Of a stretch of DNA of 64,000 bases, positions 10,391 to 22,544 are shown one piece after another (position 1 is the first letter of the stretch; every line of letters begins with the position of its first letter). Source of the DNA: Vicugna vicugna (lineage: Eukaryota); NCBI GenBank assembly GCA_013265495.1, contig MU057801.1, positions 868,001 to 932,000 on the forward strand. Direction: 5' to 3'. Both the position numbers and the translations under genes were made by a program. The notes under the pieces were generated by a model. It ran no database searches. It had not been told where the DNA came from and saw only the letters and a list, made by a program, of their open reading frames with translations.

Positions 10391-11214
10391 AGTGAAGGAA
10401 ATTAATATATTTCCTCACCCTTAGCGGTGTCTTTAACTTGCTGGCTCCTCGCAGGATCCGAGGTTTTGTAACACAAGGCTGTAATTCTGTTTCTGTGCTC
10501 AAGTGACCTTCAGATCATCGCCTCCTCTTGGGAAGTGCACATTTCTTGGAAATTTCTAGTAGACAATTCCTTATTAATGCCACTTGTCAGAAGCCCTGTC
10601 TCTGGCTTCTTAAATAAATCTACTCATTGCATCCCCAGCCCAGAGCGTTCAGCCCTGCCTCCTGTCCCAGACCAGACCCTCTGGGAGGCAGGTCTTAATA
10701 ACCTGCGTTTTGTGTTAAGTCTCCCCTCCCCCTTTTGAACCCTGGTCCCCAGAGCCCCTTCGATATCAGTGAGACTCAGGAACAAGGATTCCTATGTGAA
10801 AGGGTCAGGATAGCAGTTGGCCCCACACAAATCTCCTTTTTTGCCACCAATCCAGCCATTGGACAGGCCTGAATTCCAGCTTCACACCCACATCCTTCCA
10901 GGGCTGGGGTCCAGTCCTGCCTGGAGTCCTGACACTGAACTCCGCCTTCCGGGGGGCACCTCAGTCCCTCCTCCCTGGTTTGTCAATGAGTAACGTTCAG
11001 GATATGAGATTCTTTATCCACCGAGGGGCCATAGATGGGGCTGGACAGGTGGAGAAGCGCTCATTCAGATCACCTGAGAAGGCCCCCGCCGCCCAGGGCA
11101 CTTGATTTCCTCTTGGTCACAAGGGCAGGTGGGCGGGCGCGCCACGCTGAACCGGCTCCACCACTAGGAAGATGTGCGACGCCTCAGCATTTCCGCCCGA
11201 GCAGCGCCAGGATG

Positions 11215-11390
11215 CACAGAGCACTTTTCACACGGCATTATTTGAATTTTGTGATGGTCCTGTAAGGTACACAGGATGGTGTTCAAAACTCCCATCGCAC
11301 AGACGGGGAGGCTGGGACTTGAGACTGCCTGGCTTGGGCATGACAGATCTGGACACTGGACTCGGCTCTCCTGACTCCAAACCCAAACTC
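11215..11390 (-). mobile_element. MIR SINE
   Basis: 'cccatcgcacagacggggaggctgggac...tcctgactccaaaccc'. Confidence 0.55.
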
Positions 11391-11983
11391 CAGTGGATTC
11401 CGCTCAGATGTCCCAGGGGTGACCCTGCAGATCCACGTGGCCTGTTTGCCCAGGTGAACTGCCAGCCAGGACCAGGCAGGTCGGAGTTTTTTGTTTAAAT
11501 ACCCCAAACTTTCAATGCATTAGTCTCACTACTCACTCTAGACATATTGAAACATTTCACATGAGAACGTACATTGATCATTTTTTAAACATATGACACC
11601 TTGACGGCTCGAGCCCCCTGCTCCTGCAGGGGTGATAGTCTTAGGTTCGTGGCTGGTGTGTTCAGTGGCCTCTCAGCCTCGAGGGGATGGATGCGCCGGG
11701 GAGGAGAAGCCCCCAGTCACTACGGGGCGGGGCCCCCGCCCCCTCCCCGCCTCCCTGCTGCAGCCCCCCCTCCTGCAGGTCTCCGGCTCTGACACCACCT
11801 GGCTCCCCTCCTTCTCTCCAGGGAAGTCATTCCTTTTTGATGCAAGTGACCTAAACACGTGCATCCTTGTTGGGGACCAGGACCTGTCCTTTTCATGGTG
11901 AAGATAAAGCGTGGATTCGAAGGATGATGTGGACACTTTAAACAATCAGCTTCAGAAAGCAGCTCAAATTCACAGAAACAGAT

Positions 11984-12022
11984 CCACAGACCTTCGGGGG
12001 AACCACAGACCTTCGGGGGGAA
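11984..12022. repeat. Local tandem duplication of CCACAGACCTTCGGGGGAA
   Basis: Two adjacent copies; the second has one extra G. Confidence 0.9.
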
Positions 12023-14289
12023 GCTGTTGATAGCTGTGTTTTTCTATTTGGTAAATACATACGTATATACTTTGCTTCAATTAAAAGTTTATTTTTAGTG
12101 GCTAGTTTCTCTTCCGTGATGTGACATGATTTTGGTATTGAGGATTGCTTCTTTGAACACTATTAGGTGGGTTTAAAATACTTCTTCATGTGCTGAGTTA
12201 GGATGTGAGCGTTCCCATTTCCCTGGGAACGCCCGTGTGCCCTTTGAAACATCCACGTGGTCACGTGAGGTCTGTGAGCTCTGATGTGGTTGAACGCTGG
12301 GAGAGAACACAAATTTGCAGGAGGAGAATGAGGGCCACCTTTTAAGGTCCACTGCTTCGTAGGCGGTGTCACTTGGTTCGAATAATACGAGAGTGTTAGC
12401 ATACATAGCCGAGCAGGGCCTTAGAACGGAGTGTCCTATCCTTATTTATCTAAGACTTTCATCTCCTGACTTGGATGGAAGCCAGAATGAGGGTCCGGGT
12501 GGCCGGGGGATGGGACCAGGTAGTCCCTGCGTTGAAGGGTAGAGACAGACCCAGGATCCCCAGTGACAGGAAGCCCGTCTGGCTGATAAAATAGAATGCT
12601 AGGCAACCAGGGTCACCCAGGCAACCAGTGGGGTTGGGGGACAGCCACCAAGGGGTGACCGTGGGCCCAGATGAAGGACTGATGTGCGCACAGAGGCAGG
12701 CCACGCAGGCAGGCACGATGCAGACACGGGGGCAGGGGTCGGCCCTGGGGACGTCTGCCAGCTGCAGAGATGGGCGTCGGCCAACGAGAGGAGCAAGAGT
12801 GAGACCCCATTCCCGGAACCTGAAAGTCACCAAGAAGGAGGCAGACAGGTGAGGGCGCAAGACATGAGACAGAATCTGGAGCAGCTTCAGGGATGCAGAG
12901 CTGTGGACTTGAACCGTTTTCTCAGGGCTTCTTAAGTTTGCACCCTAGGAAGGCCGCCCGCGTGGTCCTGCGTGTGAGCACAGCAGAGCGGGGGCTGGGG
13001 GAGCAGGCGGGGCACTTCCGTGCTGGGGCTCCCGGCAGGACATTGCTGGATCTGAAAGTACCGAGTGGCTCTTGCTCCCCAGCTGCTGTGCGCACAGCGT
13101 GTGTGTGTGTGTGTGAGCGTGTAAACGTGTGACAGGGCGGCTTGGACGTCCCTCCCAGGTGGCCAGAGCAGTAACCCCACGTGTGACGTCCATCAGTGGC
13201 CCGTGCTCATCAGAGGGCCTGGGGCCCACTTTCATTTTCTCAGAAGGAAGTGGCCTGGAGCTTCGTTTCCACCTGCCAGGTGGCAGCCTGATGGGTGAGT
13301 CTGACAGAACAACTTCTTCATCCTGAACAGGATGCTCTGGAGAGGGGAACCAGTAGAGGCCTGTGTTTGTTTCCATCCTCCTGGTGCCTGAGTTTTCAGG
13401 GCCTGGGAAGAGGGAGGGGCCCCACCTTTCAGGAGAGGGAGCTGCACCGGGGAAGCAGATCGGGCCGTGGCCGTTGGAGGGGTCGGGCTGGAAAGCGAGC
13501 CAGAGGTTTGAGTGACCGCAGCCTCAGGAGGCGGCTTTCGCATCCTACCAAGAGGGGACGCCCACAGAGGGTCTCAGAGGTGCTCCCTGCCTCCCACCCT
13601 GAGGTCTCCTGCCCGGACCGTCCAGCAGTGGGGAACAGCCTTCAGCAGCCGGGTGACTTTAGCTGGACACAGAGCTCAGAGGGTCCTTCCCGATGAATGG
13701 GGCCCTCAGTGGCTCTGATGCAGAACCATCCCCTTTTTCTGTCTCTCTTTAGCTCCCCGTACATAAACATCCGAGGGTGAGAAGCACTTAGCCACAGTGA
13801 ACGGCCTGAAGGACGAATGCATCCTGCATCTCCCCGCGAAGGGGCAGCGCAGAGGCTCGGGGCGTCTCCGTGCAGAGCGTCCCTCGGGCTCTGGCTCACG
13901 GTTCTCCCTCTGCCGCCCCCTCTGAAGCAATGAAGTCATGTGCGAAGCCTCCGGGTCTCCTCTCGGATCAACCCGCGTGCATTTGTTTTGTATCAGTGTC
14001 GTAAAGAAATAGGTGAAAACAGCCGATGGAATGGAATGGCTTCCATACAATTTTTCAAACCTGATTTTTCCCAGGGTATTAAGTAGCCTGCCAATTACCA
14101 AGCTGCTTATTTCCTTATTTGGAATCATTTCTGTTGTGATTATGTGTTTGCGTACTTTCTGGGGTTAGAATATCTGGCAAAAAAAAAAAAAGAGAGGGAG
14201 AGAGAAAAGCCGACTTTGTTATCTGGTCAGTGTTTGGTCCTCAGGACAAAATAAGAGATTCAGTCATTTCAAATATCCCTCGTTTGTGT

Positions 14290-14460
14290 ACTGCCTCACT
14301 ACTTAAAGTGTGATCCTCAGACCAGCAGTTTCAACATCCCCGTGATCTTGTTAGAAGGGCAGGATTTGGAGCAGATCCCCCTACACGTCCTGAGTCAGGA
14401 TCTGCACTCGGATAAGCGTTCCGGAGGATTCCACCGTGCACTGAAGCTGGAGGAACACTG
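14290..14460. mobile_element. hAT-Charlie MITE (MER5-like)
   Basis: 'cttaaagtgtgatcctcagaccagcag...cttgttagaa...tgagtcaggatctgca...aggaacactg'. Confidence 0.75.
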
Positions 14461-14729
14461 GCCGATAGGCTTTGTCCGATAGGCGGGTTTCTTTGTCACA
14501 GATCGACTTTGCTTAGCGATCACGGCCGCACAGATCTGTGAGTCTCAACTTGCCTCATATCCTTGCCTCTCTCTCTCCACAGATGGATGGATGGATAGAC
14601 AGATGTAGGTATAGCTGTGTAGATACATTTTCGTGCTTCTTAATGCAACCATTTTGCTCAGCTCCACATCTTGTGCAAAAATATATAAAAATAAGCAGGA
14701 AAACCCGTGCTTTCTAACTTTGGCAACAA

Positions 14730-14980
14730 TCAGTCAGCAAGTTTTATTGAGCACCTATTGTGTGTCAGGCACTGTCCTTGGGGCTGAGGACACATCAGTG
14801 GCTGAGACAAAGGCCTGCTGTCATGGAACTTAAGTTCCAGAAGATACAGACATTCAAACAAGCAAGTTACGAGGTCTAACACGGCCTCGGATAGGAACCA
14901 AGACAAAACAGCCTGTAGAAATAAGACAAAGCGAGCCCTCGGGGAGGCTAAAGGAGGTGTCCGGGGGGACCTTCCCCAGC
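14730..14980 (-). mobile_element. L2 3' end
   Basis: 'cagcaagttttattgagcacctattgtgtgtcaggcactgtcc...ctgtcatggaactta'. Confidence 0.8.
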
Positions 14981-15082
14981 TGTCCACAGAGCCACCTGTC
15001 AGGTGGAGTAAGAGTACTGGACCAAGAAGCAAAGAATGAACTAAGAAATCGCAGAATTTTCAGCTTGCTCTGAGAGTTTTTA

Positions 15083-15226
15083 TTTGTTTTTTTAAAAAAT
15101 TTTTTGTGTGGGGTGGTAATTAGGTTTATTTATTTATTTGTTTGTTTTAATGGAGGCAGTGGGGATTGAATCCAGGACCTCGTGCACTTTAGGCACATGC
15201 TCTACCACCGAGCTACGCCCTCCTCC
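15083..15226 (-). mobile_element. tRNA-derived camelid SINE (Vic-1-like)
   Basis: Pol III A/B boxes ('ggggattgaatccaggacctcgtgca...tctaccaccgagcta'); 13-bp TSD CTGAGAGTTTTTA at 15070-15082 and 15227-15239. Confidence 0.93.
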
Positions 15227-16219
15227 CTGAGAGTTTTTAAATTAGCAGATACCCTAGTTTAAATTTCTTCTGCAGGAAAACCAGGGAGGAAGTGAGGGAT
15301 GGAGAGGAAGCAAAAACTCATTTCCTTGGGTTTCAGCTGAACATCCATCATCCTTCAGATCAGGAGGGGCTGGGAGGCAGGCAGAGGTGGTTCACCCCAA
15401 GAATGGCATCTACATCAACGTCAACCCTTCCGAGGGGGTTCTTCACCTTCCAGGCCCAGGTGGCTCCCTACAGCTGTCCACCTAAGACATACGGGGACAG
15501 AATTGTGGCATAATCCCCTTTGTGAAGAAAGGGCGGCTGTGGGTTCAAGCACCATGTTTAAAATAACGTCCTGTTGAATCCTCGTTCACCGTCCTCCAAT
15601 TGAAAGAATTCCAGGAAATCAGCGTTAACAGCAGCAGACACGAGAACTGAGAGTCAGGGCAGCCGCTCCTACACATCCTGAGATTTTTTTTTTAATCCAA
15701 CAAAAACTATGTTAGGAAAAAAGATTTCCTGCTGCAAAAATATCTGAGCCATAGTTTCTGGTTGATTATTATCATCATTTTGAACTAAAGGGGATAAAAG
15801 CCAAGTATTTGTTTGAAATAAAAGCAGGGGAATGTCCACCAGAGGCACGTGAATGGGCACATCTGAGTGACACGTGGAATCACCACCACATGAACGCAGT
15901 CAGTGTGCTGCCACCGGGGCGTCCTGCGGCTCTGAGCGGGGCAGCCTGCGTCTCCTCCTCTTCGTGGGCTCAGAAGATGACTTGTTCTTGCCTTGACCTC
16001 TGTCACTTACCTTCTTGGAGGGAAAAACAAGAAAGGAAGTGTGCCTTTTCAGTTTCTCTGCGAGGTCATTTTAGTTCAGCACATGGGGACATTCGTGGAT
16101 TGAGATGGCCACCTGCCTTTGTGTGTGTGGTGCTGCCGTCTGGAGGTGTGCCCGTCTGTCTGCTTTGGGATGAAAGGAAGATACTCAAACCAGAGAGCAC
16201 CACTGGCTGACTCTTCTTC

Positions 16220-16735
16220 CCTTCAGCAAACAATCACTAAGACAGTGGGCGCCTCCTGAGTAAGATGCTATGGGGGAGGGATGGAAACACACAAAAATGT
16301 GACCCCCAACCTTGAAGGACACTCCCCTCTAGGGCAGGTACACGAGGACCACGAGAAGGGACCACGAGAAGGCACCACGGAGGAGCCTGGGGGCAGGCCT
16401 AGGAAAGTAATTCATGCTGAGCCCTGGGGGGGCTGCTTGGAGGAATGAGTACTCAGCCGGGTTTGAAGAGCCTCCCAGCTGGGAGGCATGCAGGTGCTCA
16501 GCCACAGGCCCTTAGGTACAACGCGGCGCCCACCAGCTGGCGGGACAGGGCTGCAGAGGGATAGGGGCGGGGAGTGGAAGTAACGAGACTCATTTAGGGC
16601 GTAGGGGCCAGAGGGACAGGCTGTGGCCCGTCTGCCGAGCCTTGCGATCCCAGCCTGCAGAGGACTGGCGTTTCATGAGTTGACAATGAGGAGCTGTTGG
16701 AAGTTTTGAGCCGGGGTCCTGACTCAGTCACGGAG
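16220..16735 (-). mobile_element. L2 fragment
   Basis: Degenerate L2 motifs, e.g. 'caatgaggagctgttggaagttttgagccgggg'. Confidence 0.55.
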
Positions 16736-18601
16736 GGGCGCTGCTAACTTACCCTGGTGGTTTTGTGCACGCACGTTGCCAGAGGGAAGGACTGAGTTCA
16801 GTAGTCCATTAGGATGTGCTTTTAATAGATCGGGCTTAAAACCCACCCCTTCCTTCGCTTTCCCAGGAGATGGCAGTGGGAAGGGACAAAGGAAGTGGAT
16901 GTGAGCGAAGCTGGGGTTGTCATCCTCAGGGCTCATGGGACGAAGGAGGCAAGAAGCTGATCAAACATGGTTTCCAGCCTTCTTGCTGGGAGGTGTGTCT
17001 GCCTCTGGCCACAATCAGAGCCGAGGGTAGAGTGTGTGCTCGGAACAGAAGGTAACGGGAGAGTTTTGACACGGTGTACTTAGCAGTCTAGTGGGATGTT
17101 TGTAAGGTTCATAAATCCTTCCACACGTGTATAAAGCATGTACGCATCAGCACACATGAATTTATGTGCATAAAGTATGCGTAATGTTCCTAAGTTTCTA
17201 TGTTATAACTACTGGTTTACAAGGGGTGCTTGTTAATAGAAGCCAGAGCAACTTGACTCTTTAGAGCGTACAGAGTCCTGCTTCGGAGGGCTGGAAAGAC
17301 CTTCAAACTGGCCATCTTTTGTTTCTCTTTCTGTTTTTCTCCCAGTTTGGTTAGAAGGTGCACGAGCCTGGTGGCCATCTAGCATTTCCTCTGGGTGCAG
17401 GTAACTGGACCTTGGGTGCCCAGAGCACACTTACTGACTCAAGCTGTTTTGGAGCATCGCTGGAGTGGGAAGCAGGGTAAGAGAGAGGGCTGCTCCTTCT
17501 AGGAAGTTCTGAGCGTTGCAGGACGTCGTGCTGAGGCTGTCATCTCTGCCAGGAGGCCCCGCCCCCAGCCCCTTCCCGCCCAGTGAAGCTCTGGGAGCAG
17601 GTCGCGGTCTTGTCTCGCGTCTACCCTGGTGGTGTTGGGAGCAGGCCAGCTGGAGAAGCCCAGATCACCCTCTTCCTGTTGTCTCTGGTCGTGTCCCAGA
17701 GACTCTCAACAACTCCAGGGAACCCGAATGAGTTTCATGTAATGTAACAGGGTGCACCTTGACTTGCACAAGGTTACTGGGGGTGCAGATGACTCACAGC
17801 TGCCATGATGCACAGGAGGTGAACCCAGAGACCTCCCCCACCAAGGCTGACACGACATTTAAATGACAAAAGAGCCCCAGGGAAACACATTTAAAAGACC
17901 CTGTAATATGGCAGGAACACAAGGGTATAAAGGGGGTTGGGATGCGTTTAGAGCGTGTCTTGAAATTGTGAGCGTTCTGCGCGTGCGGTGCGGGGTGAGT
18001 GGAGTCAGACGAGGAGACGTCTCAGCCACGCAGAGCCGGCCTGTGTGCCGGGCGCGGGCCTGTGCTGGCTTCCAGCCTCGGAGCTCGTCGAGTCCTTGCT
18101 GTTCGTTCTCTGAACGGCGATTCTCCTCTCCCTGTGGACCAGGACCAGAAAGATGCCGGCTGCTTGGTAACTTGAGAGGCCTGCTCCTAAAATCTTGGCA
18201 AGCGACAATGAGCAGCCAAAACCTATTTCTTGGAGCTGTGGCCCTTGCCAGGGAAGTTTCTGGAACCCCAGTTCTCCCCGCACTTTCCAACACGTGGCCA
18301 GAGAGTGTCTCCACTCTGCCCACCACCAAGTTCTCCCGGTTAAAGCGCGGTGCCCGCCGTCCCCCCCACGCCTGCTCTGGCCCCGCTGGGCGGGGTCTGC
18401 GGGTGGTCATTTTGTTGCCATTGAAGCCGCCAGCGCGGGGAGGCTGGCTGCTGTCACCAGTGTTCCTGCCAGCAGGGGTCTTTCCTGAAAGGGCTGTGCT
18501 CTTTCTCTTGGCACTGCCCCCCAGGAAAATTCATCATCCGGTAACCACATCTAAAGCACAAATATTTGGAAAAAAAAAAGACTAAACAGGCTCATTAAAT
18601 T

Positions 18602-18855
18602 TGTTCTTATTGCCATCTAGTCAGTTTGCCATCTTGTATCAATGTCTCCATCTACACACACATATTCCTTTTCATATTTTCATTTTCATTATAAGTTACT
18701 ACAAGATACTGAATATTGTTCCCCATGCTACAAAGAATAAATTTGTTGTTTCTCTAGTTTATATATAGTAGTTAGTATCTGCAAATTCCAAATTCCCAAT
18801 TTATCCCTTCTCACCCCCTTTCCCCTGGTAACCATAATTTTGTTTTCTTTGAGAT
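18602..18855 (-). mobile_element. Young L1 3' end with 10-bp TSD
   Basis: 'tacaagatactgaatattgttccccatgcta...cccaatttatcccttc'; TSD TCATTAAATT at 18592-18601 and 18856-18865. Confidence 0.9.
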
Positions 18856-19229
18856 TCATTAAATTATAATATGATAAAATCATCGACCAAATAGAAAAGT
18901 CATATAATAAAGCCAGAAAAAAGTTGTGAAATATAGTTTACAATAATTATCTGCATTCAAGGCTGTACATCAGTACATACAACAACATGGCCCCAACATG
19001 AATTCAATCCAAATAATTCATATATTAGATTTTAAATAATGCAGACTGAGCTTGGGGCCAACAACAGCCAGCAAGGAACCTCATATAAGAATAAAAATGC
19101 AAACGTGTGTATCATGTCATTGCATTATTTGTTTTCATAAGTTCTTTTTTTTAACTTCCACTTTGCCTGCACATCGTGTTCATGGCTACAGACCAGGTAG
19201 AGGAGCCACCATGCCACCTTCTGAGTTAT

Positions 19230-19620
19230 TACCTCACTTGTTCATTCAGAATCACCACTCCTGTGTGCTACGCGCTGGGGTACAGGGACTGCTTCTGACT
19301 CTGACTCTCGCCGCCCCCCTCATGGAGCTGAGACTCTGATGTCAGATGTACTCCTGAAATAAGCAATGTGATCCAAGGAGGCTCTGGGGACTTGAGGCTG
19401 ATAAGGGGCCCTGTACACGGGGGTGAAGATTTCAGTCTTTATTCTAAAAGTGATGGGAATCTTTGAAAAGTTCTCCTCCAAAGGGTGAGACCATCAGTCT
19501 GGGGTTTTCTGATGGACTCTCCGAGGGGACGTTTAAATGACCCCCAACTCAGAGAAAAACAGGTGGAAGTGGAGACAGCAGTAGGGGGGCTGGCATGGCG
19601 GTGCAGAAGGCAGAGGGCAG
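19230..19620 (-). mobile_element. L2 fragment
   Basis: 'ttcattcag...ccctcatggagctgagactct', 'ctttattctaaaagtgatgggaatc'. Confidence 0.55.
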
Positions 19621-20277
19621 CACAGACTGGGTGTGGCCGGAGGGGAGGCGAGGCCTTTCCTCCCTGTGGTGTATCAGGCACTGATGTCGGCCACGCACCA
19701 GACGCCAGATTGTTCTGCACCAATCCGAGGAGATTCTCCTACTGTTGTCACAATTTTGTTGTCTGAGGTCTCAGCCCCAAAGGGGCACTGAGGTCCACCA
19801 CTAACATCTCATTTCAGTGTGTGCCTTCCCTGACCCTGACCAGCCCTAACCCTCAACCTCACCCTCACCCACCACCCTCCAGATGCTCCCAGAAAGCCTG
19901 GCATCCAGGCACGAGCCCAGTGTTGGCTACAGGTGGGATGTTCATACTTAGGGAATTGGCCAGTTACCAGAGAGTGGCTGTTAATGGAAATGAGTCAAGT
20001 GTTGGAGGCCCAAGAAAATTCTGGAATCGTCATTTGGTCACATGTCCATTATGTCTCACTGGTCAGTTACACACATACATGTCAGTCCATGACAAGCAGG
20101 GGTGGGCCGCAATTTCTGTGTAGAAGCAGACATCTGACTAGGGGTGGAGCGGTGGAGGTGGGGGCCTTGAAGGTACATCTGTGTGAACTTCAACTTTACA
20201 GAAGTTGGAGGAAATGCCAGCTGCTCACGTTTAAAAAAAAAAAAAGCCGATGGAAATGCGGGGGCTGGACTAAATCT

Positions 20278-20287
20278 CACACACACA

Positions 20288-20318
<31 letters not shown>

Positions 20319-20322
20319 GCGC
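20278..20322. repeat. Compound (CA)13(CG)9 microsatellite
   Basis: Seen directly. Confidence 0.97.
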
Positions 20323-20589
20323 CCAAGCGTCCTGCTGGGAACTCAGTTACCATAAACGTTAAAGTCGCACAATGAACGGTTGCTCTGAATACATGGGCAA
20401 GTAGACTTCCTGAGACAGTCAATGGAAAGTCAGAAAGTCCCTAAAAATGCTTATTCCTACCTACCTGGGGGAGGGCCTAGGCCCCTTAGTGTTTAGATGG
20501 CAGCAGACATTTTCCTCGTCTTCATGTTCTCCTGCTTTTCTGCAGGACTGAGCACCTGTTGGCTCGACCTGGCTCCTCAACAGCTGTGA

Positions 20590-20770
20590 CCATACACTGG
20601 GCCAGCAGGGGGCGCGCACGCGCAGCGTCGCCGCGGAGGCAGAAGCCCCGCCTGCAGCTCGGCCTCGGGCCGCGGGCCGCGCCGCCTCCGCAGGACGCGG
20701 CTCGGGAGAGAAGGCGGCGGGTCGGGCTGCCCCCGGCCGTGGGGAGATGTGCGGCATCCGGGAAAGCAAG
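20590..20770. promoter_or_regulatory. Small CpG island with near-perfect CTCF motif (20602-20615, +)
   Basis: CCAGCAGGGGGCGC inside a dense CpG patch. Confidence 0.72.
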
Positions 20771-21914
20771 GCAAGTTCTTTTCACTGTTGGAACAGAAGG
20801 CAATTATATAGCATCTCTTAACTGCTTAACAAAGTCAGAAATCAACTAAAGCCTCCAGAACCGTTATTCTAAAAAGTGACCAGAGCAATAACTTCAAAAA
20901 GAAAGACAGAAAAAAAAAAGGCCAAACCAACAACAACAACAAACTGGCTATGGTTCCCAGCAGACTCCAACAGCACACCTTTGGGAGAAATGATAAAATA
21001 ATCGTAAATACCAGATTCCTTTCTGGAAGCATGAGAAGGCACGGAAAGGCATGAAGGCAGCAACGACACTTAAGCAATAAACACATTCGAATAAACGTAT
21101 CTGCTTCCGCACATGCTTCATTCCCCATTGGCATCTGAACGTGGATCTTAATTCAAGAGGTTTAACCTACTCGGGGGAAAACAAATAAAAAAGAATGCAG
21201 CACGAGGCTTGAAGATCTTCACATTTATAGACTGGTGTGAACTCTCTCCCACACACACTGTAATCTGGGTGGCTGTCCTTCAGAACTATTAAGGCGTCTT
21301 CATGGAGCCAGGGTGCTTCTCAGCAATACGAATGGTGCGCTCGACATCCCTGTAAGTGAGATAAATGACAGCAAATTTGTCTGAACAGATGCAGCTAGTA
21401 ACAGAGGCATGGACGCGTCCTACGGCGGGAACAGAAATGTTCAACAGCAGACGACAAGGGCCCCTGGCGTCCTGACAGCGTGGTCCCTGAGGGACGATGC
21501 CCCAGCATCTCCAGCTCCAGTGTAGCCAGATCCTTCAGAAGGTCAGAGTCACCTCCAGTGCAAGGGAAACCCCCTGGGGTTTCAGGGCTCCACTTCCGGA
21601 AAACGCCAAATGTCTAGTGGAGGAATAAAGAGAAAAAGCCCTTGAATTATGGGACCAGGAGGCTGCGTCTCTAACATCCACTCCGTTTCAAGGGAAATGA
21701 CACAATTATATTTTAGCCTCGATTCTTACAGACTGAAGAAAATCTAAGACTAACAGAAGTGGCCCCAATGCTGCCCCGACTAACCGGCCTGTGTGCCCAT
21801 CTCCCTCCGCCCATGGGGGTGATGTTACGCAGCTGGCGGGACCAGTTCAGGCTTCACCCTGGCAAACTCCTACTCTAATGGTGACTTTGCCACTGCTGTT
21901 TTGGACAAGGCAGT

Positions 21915-22060
21915 AGCAGCTGGTCTCATGTAGCTACTGACATACAAACGAATTAAAAGTAAGAAAGCTACAAATGTGGCTGCTCAGCCCCCGTGGCTCC
22001 TGCACTGGGCAGGGCGGGCCAAGACATTTCCATCATCACAGGAAGTTCCACCGGACAGGC
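21915..22060. mobile_element. hAT-Charlie MITE (MER3-like)
   Basis: 'catgtagctactga...acatttccatcatcacaggaagttccaccggacag'. Confidence 0.7.
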
Positions 22061-22544
22061 TTGGGGGGAGGTCTGGGAACCCAGGGGCAGAGTGATTGTC
22101 CCTGAGGTGGCGGTTCTTCCCCACGTCGGTGGGGCTTAGAGAGTAGGGCGTCGGGGAGAATCACCCGTGGTTACAGCTAAAGCTTGATTAAGGGACAAAC
22201 AGAAATGGGCATTATCAGGACACCTCTGCTGGCCTGCTCTCTTCCCAGATTGTTCAGTTGTTAACTCCCCAACTCTCTGAAACTCTAGCCAGTACTCCTC
22301 ACACAGTCAGGGAAACGTGTGGAATCCTGTAGTCTTCTGTTCTCCTTTTCCTCCAGAACCGTAGCTGGAGGTCCATCTCCGACCGGAGTTGAGCATCTGC
22401 TGTGTCGTTGGGAAAGACCCTTGAGTCTCCCAAGGGCCTGTTCGTCCACCGAGGAGGAGGCTGGGATGTTTCCTCTTCCCACCTTCTTCTCGTGACCGGA
22501 GCGGGAGGTGGGGGTGGAGCCGATGTCTGAGATCAGCCTTAAAG

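Noticed and set aside
22357..22508. Strong + strand acceptor (tcttctgttctccttttcctccag) suggesting a coding exon
   Set aside because: All three frames hit stops before the weak donor, and I found no partner exons.
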